DNA from: Blastocatellia bacterium
GTDB taxonomy: Bacteria; Acidobacteriota; Blastocatellia; DASRDY01
Reading direction: 5' to 3'
Assembly (NCBI GenBank): GCA_035652355.1
Contig: DASRDY010000034.1
Span: 14,973-78,972 of the forward strand
DNA length: 64,000 nt
In this document: positions 8,840 to 17,612 of the stretch, in pieces
Position numbering within the stretch: the first letter of the stretch is position 1
Layout: each line of letters opens with the position of its first letter
The notes under the pieces: generated by a model
Database searches by the model: none
Told to the model about the DNA's origin: nothing
The model's input: only the letters and a program-made list of their open reading frames with translations
Position numbers and translations under genes: made by a program

Positions 8840-9892
8840 CTACATGTTTATAACCTCAGGCGACCAGCGGGCCAGTTTATCTTTTACCATTGCAGCAAGT
8901 CCGCGAATGAATTGCGGTTCCGTATTTAATGTCGGAACCCGCCGCATCTCTTTAATGCCAACTTCATTTGCGACGTCGCGATAGAGAATGTCCAGTTCAT
9001 AAAGGGTCTCGACGTGCTCGCTGACAAAACTAATCGGAACGATGGCCAGTTGCTTGACGCCTTCCCCGGCCAGCCTTCGAATGGTTTCATCTGTATTAGG
9101 TCCCAGCCATTTTGCCGGCCCCACTCTGCTCTGAAATGACAAATGATATGGAAATGGCCGGCCGATTTCGCGCATTACCATTTCAATCGTTCGCTTCGTC
9201 TGTCGTTCATAAGGATCGCCATTATTGACATAGCTCAAAGGAATACTGTGCGCGCTGAATAAGATATGAATGTTATCGATCGTCTGATCTGAAAATCCGT
9301 TAATCTCTTTTTTTATCTGTTCTGCTGTTGCAGAAATATATTCATGATCTTCGAACCAGTGAGTAATGTAATGACGTCGAATGGCTCGTTGTCCGCCGCT
9401 CGCCTCAAATGCCCGAATCATTGCCTTTATGCTGGATCCTGTAGTAGCAACCGAAAACTGCGGATAGAGCGGCAACGCCACTAGGTGAGTGATCCCGTCA
9501 TTTACTATCTCTGACACAGCAGCTTCGGTTAATGGATGCCAAAATCGCATCCCGACATAGACCTTCACGGGTACCTTTGACAGGAAGTTCGTCGATAACT
9601 CTTTTTCAAGCGCCTTCGCCTGTTCCGTAGTGATGCGCCGCAGAGGTGATCCGCCGCCGATTAGCTCGTAGTAATGTTTTGATTTTTTCTGCCTTGTAGT
9701 AGAGATGAGCCAGGCCAGCGGCTTATTGAGCGCCGGGATCGGAAGCCTGATGGTTTCGGGATCGGAGAACAGCTTGTATAGAAAAGGTTGTACATCATCG
9801 AGCGTTTCAGGACCACCCAGATTGAAAAGTATTACGCCCACACGCGGTTCGGCTGTGGTTTTTCCGCCATTTGAATGTTCCTTGCCAGCCAT
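8840..9892 (-). CDS. hemH: Ferrochelatase.
   Basis: VGVILFNLGGPETLDDVQPFLYKLFSDPE and FSAHSIP motifs are present. Length is 350 aa. Confidence 0.9.
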   Translation of the reverse strand: MAGKEHSNGGKTTAEPRVGVILFNLGGPETLDDVQPFLYKLFSDPETIRLPIPALNKPLAWLISTTRQKKSKHYYELIGGGSPLRRITTEQAKALEKELSTNFLSKVPVKVYVGMRFWHPLTEAAVSEIVNDGITHLVALPLYPQFSVATTGSSIKAMIRAFEASGGQRAIRRHYITHWFEDHEYISATAEQIKKEINGFSDQTIDNIHILFSAHSIPLSYVNNGDPYERQTKRTIEMVMREIGRPFPYHLSFQSRVGPAKWLGPNTDETIRRLAGEGVKQLAIVPISFVSEHVETLYELDILYRDVANEVGIKEMRRVPTLNTEPQFIRGLAAMVKDKLARWSPEVINM

Positions 9893-9917
9893 TCGACCGC
9901 TCCTAATGATCAGACAC

Positions 9918-11345
9918 TTATAATGTCTTTGAAAAGATTCCCTTTTGTTTTGACTGCTTCAGGTAAGCGTCAAAAACCATCGCGATGTTCCGAATAAAGA
10001 TGCGCCCGAGCACCGCCACCTCTATACGATCTCCGTTTAGTCTTACAAGGTCATCCCGTTCTAATTCTTTCAAGCGCTCCATCTCGTCCGCAAAATGTTT
10101 GTCGAATTCGACACCGAACTCTCGTTCGATCTCTGGTTTCACAACGACTGTGTGACACAAGATTCGATTGATGACGGAACGACGAAGCCGATCTTCTTTT
10201 GTCACCGCCATTCCGCGCATAGTCGGCCAGCGGTTCGCGTCGATTGCTTCATAGTAATGCGGCAAATCACGCCAGTTCTGGGCATAGACATCTTCGAGAC
10301 CGCTGATTGAGCTCACGCCCATTCCATAAAGATCAGAACCGCCCTTAGTCGTGTACCCCTGAAAATTGCGATGAAGAGTGCGATCATCCTGCGCACGACA
10401 AAGCTCATCATCCGGACGCGCAAAGTGATCCAGACCGATGTATCGATAACCGGCATCGATCAGCTTTTCTATTGCCATTCGGAAGATGCGGAATTTCTCT
10501 AGTCCTTCGGGCAGAAATTTAGCGAAGCTGCCTTGCTGTTTCTTCAACCACGGAACGTGCGCATAGCTGAAAAGCGCAATGCGGTCCGGATTTATTGTTA
10601 TTAGTTTGTCTACTGTGTCCGCAAAACTTTCCCTGGTTTGGTGCGGCAGACCATAGATCAGATCGATGTTGATGCTTTCAAAACCGAGATTGCGACAATA
10701 ATCGAAAAGACCTTTGGTCATTTCATAAGGCTGCACACGGTGAACTGTCTGTTGCACCTCGGCATTGAAATCCTGAACACCCATGCTGATGCGATTAAAA
10801 CCCATGCGGCGCAGAACGCGACATTGCTCTTCGGTTGTCACTCTCGGATCGACTTCGATTCCAATCTCTGCTGTTGGTGAAAAGGAGAAATGCTCGGCGA
10901 TATGCGTATAAAGCTCCTCGATCTGCTCTGCCGACAAATAGGTCGGTGTTCCGCCACCCCAGTGCAGTTGCTCTACCAGACGATCGCGGCTGATGTTGCT
11001 GCTGATCCAATCGATCTCTTGTTTCAGGTGAGCCAGATAGGGAACGGTGACTTCATGTTTTTTATTGATGACGACATTGCAGCCGCAGAACAGACAGAGA
11101 GCCTCACAAAACGGGAGATGGAAATAGAGCGACAACGGAGCAGGGTTTGGTTTTGATTCCGCTTCCTGAAAAGCTTCGCGCAACTGCTCTGGCCCGAAGT
11201 TATCGTCCCATTCAGGCGCAGTTGGATAGCTGGTATACCGCGGACCGGGCTGATTGTATTTTGCCAGAATATCCGGTGAAATCGCCGCTCGCTGACCGTC
11301 AATTAATATGTCTAAAGATTCGTTCGTACTCATAATCATTCTCAA
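9918..11345 (-). CDS. hemN: Oxygen-independent coproporphyrinogen III oxidase (radical SAM).
   Basis: It has PRYTSYPTA near the N-terminus and a CxxxCxxC cluster (FCEALCLFCGC). The full length of 475 aa fits HemN rather than the shorter HemW. Confidence 0.9.
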   Translation of the reverse strand: MRMIMSTNESLDILIDGQRAAISPDILAKYNQPGPRYTSYPTAPEWDDNFGPEQLREAFQEAESKPNPAPLSLYFHLPFCEALCLFCGCNVVINKKHEVTVPYLAHLKQEIDWISSNISRDRLVEQLHWGGGTPTYLSAEQIEELYTHIAEHFSFSPTAEIGIEVDPRVTTEEQCRVLRRMGFNRISMGVQDFNAEVQQTVHRVQPYEMTKGLFDYCRNLGFESINIDLIYGLPHQTRESFADTVDKLITINPDRIALFSYAHVPWLKKQQGSFAKFLPEGLEKFRIFRMAIEKLIDAGYRYIGLDHFARPDDELCRAQDDRTLHRNFQGYTTKGGSDLYGMGVSSISGLEDVYAQNWRDLPHYYEAIDANRWPTMRGMAVTKEDRLRRSVINRILCHTVVVKPEIEREFGVEFDKHFADEMERLKELERDDLVRLNGDRIEVAVLGRIFIRNIAMVFDAYLKQSKQKGIFSKTL

Positions 11346-11399
11346 ACCAGGGCTATTGAACCATTAAATGCGTAGCCGTTCCGTGACGCAGGTCACACA

Positions 11400-12428
11400 T
11401 TAAAAGTGCCGATAGGATTTCACTGTATCAATAAACGTCTTCGCGTTGTCGACTGGCGTAGGCGGAAGGATTCCGTGTCCGAGGTTCATAATATGACCTT
11501 GACCGCCGCCGGCTTTCAGGATTTCGCGCGTTTTGTGTTCGATTCCTTCCGGTGAACCCAGCAGTACACAGGGATCAAGGTTGCCTTGCAATGCTACTTT
11601 ATCTCCGACTCGTTTCTTAGCGTCGGCCAGATTGATCCGCCAGTCGATGCTCAGCGCATCTGCACCTGACGTAGCCATCTGTTCAAGAATATTTGCGCAG
11701 CCATTCAGGAAAAGAATAACCGGCACGTTGGCGCGATTTAGTTGTTCAAATACTCTTCTTTCGTAAGGCAGCGCGAACTCCTGGTAATCCTCAGCATTCA
11801 ATTCACCGGCCCACGAATCGAATAGTTGCACAGCCTGAACTCCGGCTTCGATTTGAGCATTAAGATAAAGTGCCTGTGTATCGGCAATTTTTTCCAGCAG
11901 CGAATGGAGGACTTTCGGCTGTGTGTACATCATTCGCTTGATTTCCATGTAATTGCGCGAGCCGCCGCCTTCAACCATATACGCCGCCAACGTCCACGGC
12001 GCGCCAGCGAACCCGAGCAGCGGCACTTCGTCGTTCAACTCGCGCCGCAACCGACGAACAATCTCCAGCACGAAATCTGTTTTATCTGTCGGGTCTGGAA
12101 TCGCCAGACGATCCACATCCGATTGCGCCCTGACCGGGTTCGGGAGTTTAGGTCCATGGTCACCGAGTTCGACTTCGATGCCCATCGCTTCGACCGAAAT
12201 CAGGATGTCGGAAAAAAGGATCACGCCATCCATCCCATATCGCCGGTATGGCTGAAGCGATACTTCCACCGCAAGGTCAGGGGTTTTACACAACTGCAGA
12301 AAGGGAATTCCCGCGCGGACTTCGCGATATTCAGGCAGATAGCGTCCGGCTTGTCGCATCATCCACACGGGAGTGCGTTCCACCGGTTGTCGCATGCAGG
12401 CTCGAAGCAATAGATCGTTTTTTGGCAT
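11400..12428 (-). CDS. hemE: Uroporphyrinogen decarboxylase.
   Basis: It has PVWMMRQAGRYLPEYR and a length of 342 aa. Confidence 0.95.
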   Translation of the reverse strand: MPKNDLLLRACMRQPVERTPVWMMRQAGRYLPEYREVRAGIPFLQLCKTPDLAVEVSLQPYRRYGMDGVILFSDILISVEAMGIEVELGDHGPKLPNPVRAQSDVDRLAIPDPTDKTDFVLEIVRRLRRELNDEVPLLGFAGAPWTLAAYMVEGGGSRNYMEIKRMMYTQPKVLHSLLEKIADTQALYLNAQIEAGVQAVQLFDSWAGELNAEDYQEFALPYERRVFEQLNRANVPVILFLNGCANILEQMATSGADALSIDWRINLADAKKRVGDKVALQGNLDPCVLLGSPEGIEHKTREILKAGGGQGHIMNLGHGILPPTPVDNAKTFIDTVKSYRHF

Positions 12429-12617
12429 AAGTGATTGACTTAATAAATACTATTTCAGCTTGAACTTTAACAATTCATCTTATCAGATTACTCAGATCGA
12501 CTGAAGAACGGAAGCATTGCAGCCACCTGTACATAACACTCCGCTTGGCCTGTTCGTAAAAGATTTATCTGCGTGTTATCTGGGTTATTATATGCCCAGA
12601 CGGGGAGGGAAGCTCAA

Positions 12618-13394
12618 ATGAAGTGGAATGCCGAAGGCTATGACAGCGTTGCGACTGTCCAGGAGAACTGGGGTCGTAAGGTTATCGATGAACTGCTGCT
12701 CAATGGAGACGAAACGGTTTTGGATGCCGGTTGTGGCAGCGGGCGCGTAACGCAGAGGCTTTTGGATCGCATCCCTTCGGGATTTCTCTTTGCGGTTGAT
12801 CGATCGGCCGCTATGGTCTGCCAGGCTCGTCAGCGTCTCAGCGCGGAATCCAAAAGGGTTGAATTCATTTGCGCCGACTTATGCGAAGTTCAACTCCCTC
12901 GCAAAGTTGATGTCATATTCTCTAATGCGGTCTTTCATTGGATCCCGGACCACCAGCAGTTGTTCAATCATCTTGCAACCCAGATCCGCAGCGGAGGTAT
13001 TTTTCGCGCGCAGTGCGGTGGAAAAGGCAATCTGGCGCAGGCAAGAGAAATCTCTGACCGCGTGGCTTTTTCACCGGAATTTAAACAATATTTCGACGGC
13101 TGGGACTATCCGACAAACTATCCTGGTGCTGAAGAGACGCGTGGTCGAATGATTAACGCGGGTTTCCGCGATGTTTCCTCCAATCTGGTCGAAGCGCCGA
13201 CCGATTTCAACTCTCGCGACGAGTTTGCTCAGTTTGTCAAACATGTCGTATTGTTAGCTTATCTGAACCGATTGCCGAACGAGGAATTAAAACAGTCTTT
13301 TTTGGTCCGCTTTGTCGACGACGTTGAAAAGCGATTCAATCGTCGTTACTGGCTCGATTACGTCCGGCTAAATATCCACGCTGTCAAGGAATAG
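12618..13394 (+). CDS. Class I SAM-dependent methyltransferase (Tam-like).
   Basis: It carries the VLDAGCGSGRVT SAM-binding motif. GGGGAGGGA lies upstream of the ATG at 12618. The 12573 start in the ORF track is less likely. Confidence 0.8.
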   Translation: MKWNAEGYDSVATVQENWGRKVIDELLLNGDETVLDAGCGSGRVTQRLLDRIPSGFLFAVDRSAAMVCQARQRLSAESKRVEFICADLCEVQLPRKVDVIFSNAVFHWIPDHQQLFNHLATQIRSGGIFRAQCGGKGNLAQAREISDRVAFSPEFKQYFDGWDYPTNYPGAEETRGRMINAGFRDVSSNLVEAPTDFNSRDEFAQFVKHVVLLAYLNRLPNEELKQSFLVRFVDDVEKRFNRRYWLDYVRLNIHAVKE

Positions 13395-13460
13395 CCCAAA
13401 CTGCAGAAGGGAAATTCGTCATCTTTTTCTCGTTTGCGTTTCAAGAACGCCGGAAAGCGG

Positions 13461-13489
13461 TTGATGTGCGCGCGTATGGTTAGTAATAT
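13461..13489 (+). promoter_or_regulatory. Candidate promoter: TTGATG, 17-bp spacer, TAATAT.
   Basis: The hexamers lie at 13461-13466 and 13484-13489, about 105 nt upstream of the citrate synthase start. Confidence 0.4.
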
Positions 13490-13595
13490 TAAGAGTTTGG
13501 CTGGTGGCGCTGCAATTTAGCTTTGATGTAATTGGGAGAACCATAGAAAGGGATGCGGCAAAAAGACCGCATAACCAGTACGGAATCATAACAAT

Positions 13596-14765
13596 ATGGA
13601 AACAAAGAATATAGGTCTTCGCGGTATACCGGTGGCTGACACGAAGATTTGCGATATCGATGGGCAAAAAGGATGGCTCATATATCGCGGTTATAATATT
13701 GACGACCTTGCTAAACATTCGACCTTCGAAGAGACTTCATACTTATTGTTGTTCGGCGATCTTCCCACGCAGAGACAATTAGACGATTTTAGCCGCTCCT
13801 TAGTGGCTGAGCGCACCGTTCCCGATTCCATCATACAAAGCCTGCGGGAGCGTCCAAAGACCGCCCATCCCATGGACGTCCTGCAGTCGGTGATTCCGAT
13901 GCTCGCCGATTACGACCGTGAGGCGCGGAATGAATCGAGAGACGCAAACATTCGCAAGGCGATTAAACTGATCTCAAAGACTGCGACGCTCGTTGCTGCC
14001 TGGTCACGAATTCGAAAGGGAAACGAGCCCATCGCGCCAGATCCAAGGCTCAATCATGCCGCTAACTTTCTGCACATGTGCTTTGGCAATGCTCCTGACC
14101 CGGAAACTGCTCGGCTCTTCGACGTTTGTTTGATTTTGCATGCTGAGCATCAATTCAATGCGTCAACTTTCGCCTGTCGCGAAGTGGCCTCGACGCACGC
14201 GCATATGTACGCGTCAATTGCTGCTGGTATTGGAGCTCTTTCGGGCGAGTTGCACGGTGGCGCTAATGAACAGATGATGGCGGCACTCAAAAAGATTGGC
14301 GAATTATCGAACGTAAAGCAGTTCGTTGATGATGCATTTGCGAACAAGCGAAAGATAATGGCGATGGGTCATGCTGTGTACAAGACTCGTGACCCGAGAG
14401 CCAAGATTTTGTGCCCAATGGCGGAGCAGCTCGCAGCAAAATCGGGCGAACGCAAGTGGTTCGATATGTCGCAGGAATTGGAGCGTGTTGCGCGGGCTCG
14501 ATTCGAAGAACAGGGCAAGAACGTTTACGCCAACGTCGATTTTTACAGTGCCTCAACCTATTACATGATGGGATTTGAACCTGATCTGTTCACTCCGATT
14601 TTCGCGGTCGCAAGAATGAGCGGGTGGGCAGCGCACATCATCGAAGAAAAGTTTGCCGACGCTCAACCGAAGCCGGAGTTATACAGACCGGAAGCCGATT
14701 ACAACGGACGCCGCTGCGACGATGGATGTGCATACATCCCAATTGATCAGCGGACAGAAAAGTAA
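13596..14765 (+). CDS. gltA: Citrate synthase (short, roughly 390 aa type).
   Basis: It has GLRGIPVADTKICDIDGQKGWLIYRGY, HAEH, GHAVYKTRDPR and DFYS motifs. Confidence 0.9.
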   Translation: METKNIGLRGIPVADTKICDIDGQKGWLIYRGYNIDDLAKHSTFEETSYLLLFGDLPTQRQLDDFSRSLVAERTVPDSIIQSLRERPKTAHPMDVLQSVIPMLADYDREARNESRDANIRKAIKLISKTATLVAAWSRIRKGNEPIAPDPRLNHAANFLHMCFGNAPDPETARLFDVCLILHAEHQFNASTFACREVASTHAHMYASIAAGIGALSGELHGGANEQMMAALKKIGELSNVKQFVDDAFANKRKIMAMGHAVYKTRDPRAKILCPMAEQLAAKSGERKWFDMSQELERVARARFEEQGKNVYANVDFYSASTYYMMGFEPDLFTPIFAVARMSGWAAHIIEEKFADAQPKPELYRPEADYNGRRCDDGCAYIPIDQRTEK

Positions 14766-14786
14766 CGCAAGCTTTCCAGGATTGCG

Positions 14787-17033
14787 CTACCTTCTCTGGA
14801 AATCAGGCGAACCCAGCACAAGAGCAACCGTGGTTGAAACCAACGCATTTGGCCCGGGCTTCTTCTCGCTCGCCAGCATTGCATTAGCCTGTTTGAGCAG
14901 AGCGGCTTTCTCAGAAGCTTTAATGTCAGTGTGAAGCAATAATTTCACAACCTCATCTACAAGAGCAGAAGGATTTTTCGCGGCTTCTGCTGGAACCAAA
15001 TGATCAACATCTATCCATGTTCCGTTTGCGCCGTTGGTGCTGATTCTCAATGCCTGATTCATTCGCGCAAGCAACGCACCGGTATTGGTCCATTTGCTTG
15101 AATCCTCCGGATATCCGGTCGGGAACTGCTGTTGATATAGACCTTCACCCAATTGATTCATCAATCCTATCAACGCCTGTGCATCCGTATATGCGCCAGT
15201 CGCTCTGATTGTGCTGACAACGAACTCAAACGGTGATTTCATCTTTGAGCGAAACGCGTCGGCGCTGTAAAACTCCGGTGAAGTAAAGATAGTTCGCAGG
15301 CATTCGCGAATATCGCCATCGGTCTTTGTGAATGTATTCGCAACCTTGTTGACGATTGTCTCTGAAGGTTTATCAGCAACGAAACGCTGACACAGCTTAT
15401 AAGCGATGAAATGCGCAGTAGCAGGCTGATGAACCAGAATATCGATCACCTGCAGACCGTCACCGAATCCACCTCCGGCCGGTATCTTGTGACCAAGGAC
15501 GGTTTTTTCGCCATTGTCGTGAGCCCACGCTCGAAACATAAATGAACTGCCCAGCGGTGGTTGCTGCATCGTCCAGCCGGTAAAGCAACGGGCAACTTCG
15601 ATCACATCCTGCTGAGTGTATCCGCCATCAACTCCGAGAGTGTGAAGCTCCATCAACTCGCGAGCATAATTCTCGTTGATGCCATATCTTGGCCTTGGTC
15701 GTTGCACGGGCGGTTTGGGCTGAGTCTGCGCCTGTGTTTGATTGACTGGCTTGACGGTAGCTGTCTGCTGATCATTGCTCACTTGCTTCTGCTCTTGTTG
15801 AGCTTTCGTCTGCTGACCTGCAGAATCATTGGTAGCAGCTTGCTCAACCTTCACGGCAGTCGTCGGCACGGCGACGTCCTTCTTTGGAGCGGAAGTCTGG
15901 TTTACTGGCTTCCTTTGCGGCTGCGCCAGCGGATTGTAAATTCGGCCAAGATCCGTATTAAACGGCTGGCGCGGAGGTTTTGAATCAGGGCTCATGCTCT
16001 GCCAATTATCCAGGTAAAGTACCATCGCCGGGCTTTGCGCTACCGCCAGCAAGAGGTCCTTGAATTTGCCCATTGCGTTCGGTCGGATTACGTCGCGTTC
16101 GTACGGCAGGATCAGGTAACGCTCGTTATCTTTCCCAATGAAGACATTGAAATGATTGAACCAAAAATCGGTCATCACTTCTTCAAGCTGCCTCTCGCTG
16201 TATATTGCACGAATCATCTTGGCTCGGGGCAGTTCCGTATTCTCGCGGTTTGTCTGCTGCTGCAATTGCTGACGAGTTTTTTCATCGGGCTGATTCGGGT
16301 CGGACGTGGTCATCAGCTGACCTTCCTGTTCTGCCCGAATCTGCTGTGCGCGAGCGAGTACCTGTGGCGGCGGCGCGTAGGCAATCAATTCCTGCGATGA
16401 CATTTGCAAAGTTTCAAATCCGGCAAGCTTTTCCGCCAATGCTTTATCGTCGATCGTCTCAGGGTGAAGCTGGCTGTTAATGAAATTGTCGATTCCCATC
16501 TCCTTCACCATCGCAATATCACCCGGACGTGGACCAAAGGTCATCCTATCCAGCAACTGGAGAATTTTTTGATCTGTCGTGGGAATCTTTGTCGCGCTGA
16601 GCTTCACAGGCTGATCCAGAGTCGAGAGCGCCGGTCCCGTCGGCATCGGGATGTTTGGCCGTCGATTGCCTTGCGGTGGAGGCTGTTGAGGGTTGTTTAG
16701 CCCAAGCCGCATAAGCCCGTTCCTCTGTTCCGGTGTAAGAACAGGCACAATTTCGCGAATTATCAGATTTCGTTCCGCAACCAGTTTCTGATCAATAGCT
16801 GCTTTGTCGGCAGCCGCGGCGCGGTCACTGACCAGCTTTTCCACTTCTGCCCTGTGTTTGGCGTATACCTGACGAACTTCAGTGATTTGACCGTCATTCA
16901 ATTTCAAAGCTTCGATCATCCTGGTCATCCACGGCGGATCTGCCTGGGACGGTGTCTGCTGGGCGGGCAAAGATAGCACCGTCAACAATAAACATAGGAA
17001 CAATGATAAAGCTCGCAGAATGGACGCCTTCAT
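14787..17033 (-). CDS. Secreted DUF1800-family protein with an N-terminal LTxxQ (Spy/CpxP-like) region and a Gln/Pro-rich insertion.
   Basis: It has a signal peptide. FWFNHFNVF and ELHTLGVDGGYTQQDV are characteristic of DUF1800. LTPEQRNGL lies in the N-terminal helical part. Confidence 0.8.
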   Translation of the reverse strand: MKASILRALSLFLCLLLTVLSLPAQQTPSQADPPWMTRMIEALKLNDGQITEVRQVYAKHRAEVEKLVSDRAAAADKAAIDQKLVAERNLIIREIVPVLTPEQRNGLMRLGLNNPQQPPPQGNRRPNIPMPTGPALSTLDQPVKLSATKIPTTDQKILQLLDRMTFGPRPGDIAMVKEMGIDNFINSQLHPETIDDKALAEKLAGFETLQMSSQELIAYAPPPQVLARAQQIRAEQEGQLMTTSDPNQPDEKTRQQLQQQTNRENTELPRAKMIRAIYSERQLEEVMTDFWFNHFNVFIGKDNERYLILPYERDVIRPNAMGKFKDLLLAVAQSPAMVLYLDNWQSMSPDSKPPRQPFNTDLGRIYNPLAQPQRKPVNQTSAPKKDVAVPTTAVKVEQAATNDSAGQQTKAQQEQKQVSNDQQTATVKPVNQTQAQTQPKPPVQRPRPRYGINENYARELMELHTLGVDGGYTQQDVIEVARCFTGWTMQQPPLGSSFMFRAWAHDNGEKTVLGHKIPAGGGFGDGLQVIDILVHQPATAHFIAYKLCQRFVADKPSETIVNKVANTFTKTDGDIRECLRTIFTSPEFYSADAFRSKMKSPFEFVVSTIRATGAYTDAQALIGLMNQLGEGLYQQQFPTGYPEDSSKWTNTGALLARMNQALRISTNGANGTWIDVDHLVPAEAAKNPSALVDEVVKLLLHTDIKASEKAALLKQANAMLASEKKPGPNALVSTTVALVLGSPDFQRR

Positions 17034-17142
17034 AAGCTGCCTCCCCGGCTACGGAAAAATCGACCGCAGATCATATTAATACACTTCTTCCTGGCCTGAT
17101 TAGCATTTAGACGCTTCAATGGTCGATTTAGACTGCCTGAAA

Positions 17143-17169
17143 GTACAACCGGCTGCCAGCCTGTTGTAC
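17143..17169. repeat. REP-like hairpin, family A (core GGCTGCCAGCC).
   Basis: GTACAACCGGCTG-C-CAGCCTGTTGTAC forms a 13-bp stem with one mismatch. Confidence 0.6.
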
Positions 17170-17612
17170 ATAAGAAAAATGTTTCATTTTGTGCCGCTCA
17201 TGTGATCTGGCTTACAACCCATTTCGGAAAACTCCAATCAAAGATAACAGCGTTAGCCTGATTGCCAGCGGTGGAAACGGCAGTCGCGGTTGAATTGCAC
17301 GGTTTGATAAGAAAAAAGAAACCTGGTTCTTTGATTAACGTGTAAGGTTCCGGGTATGCACTTGTCGCGCAATGCGGTCGGTTTGGATTGGCTCGCAAAC
17401 CTTTTATCAATGCATCGGGGGACGGACTTTCACCAGGCAGAAGAAAATCCCAAACTTGCGGTAATCGGAAAGTCCAAATGTGACCGATAAGCGCGGTAAA
17501 ACGTATTATGAACTATCAGCGTTTTATTGCTAAAATAGTAATAAGTAATGCGGTTGTAATATGATAAGGGCAACGCAATTATAAGAAGACGACACAGGAG
17601 ATCAAGATAATT

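Noticed and set aside
11826-12413. Other long antisense ORFs: 11826-12413, 26205-26801, 31141-31758, 42294-42854, 44544-45089 and 51276-51923.
   Set aside because: Each lies inside, or across, a gene with an unambiguous homology-style signature (hemE, lepA, the TPR regulator, slt, tolC, phoU/pstB). None has a convincing SD sequence or a recognisable domain. I treat them as shadow ORFs.
17455-17485. A GGAAAGTCC string resembling the universally conserved P4 segment of RNase P RNA.
   Set aside because: It is followed by AAATG rather than GGGC. No complementary P4 strand or other conserved RNase P elements occur within the 580-bp intergenic region.
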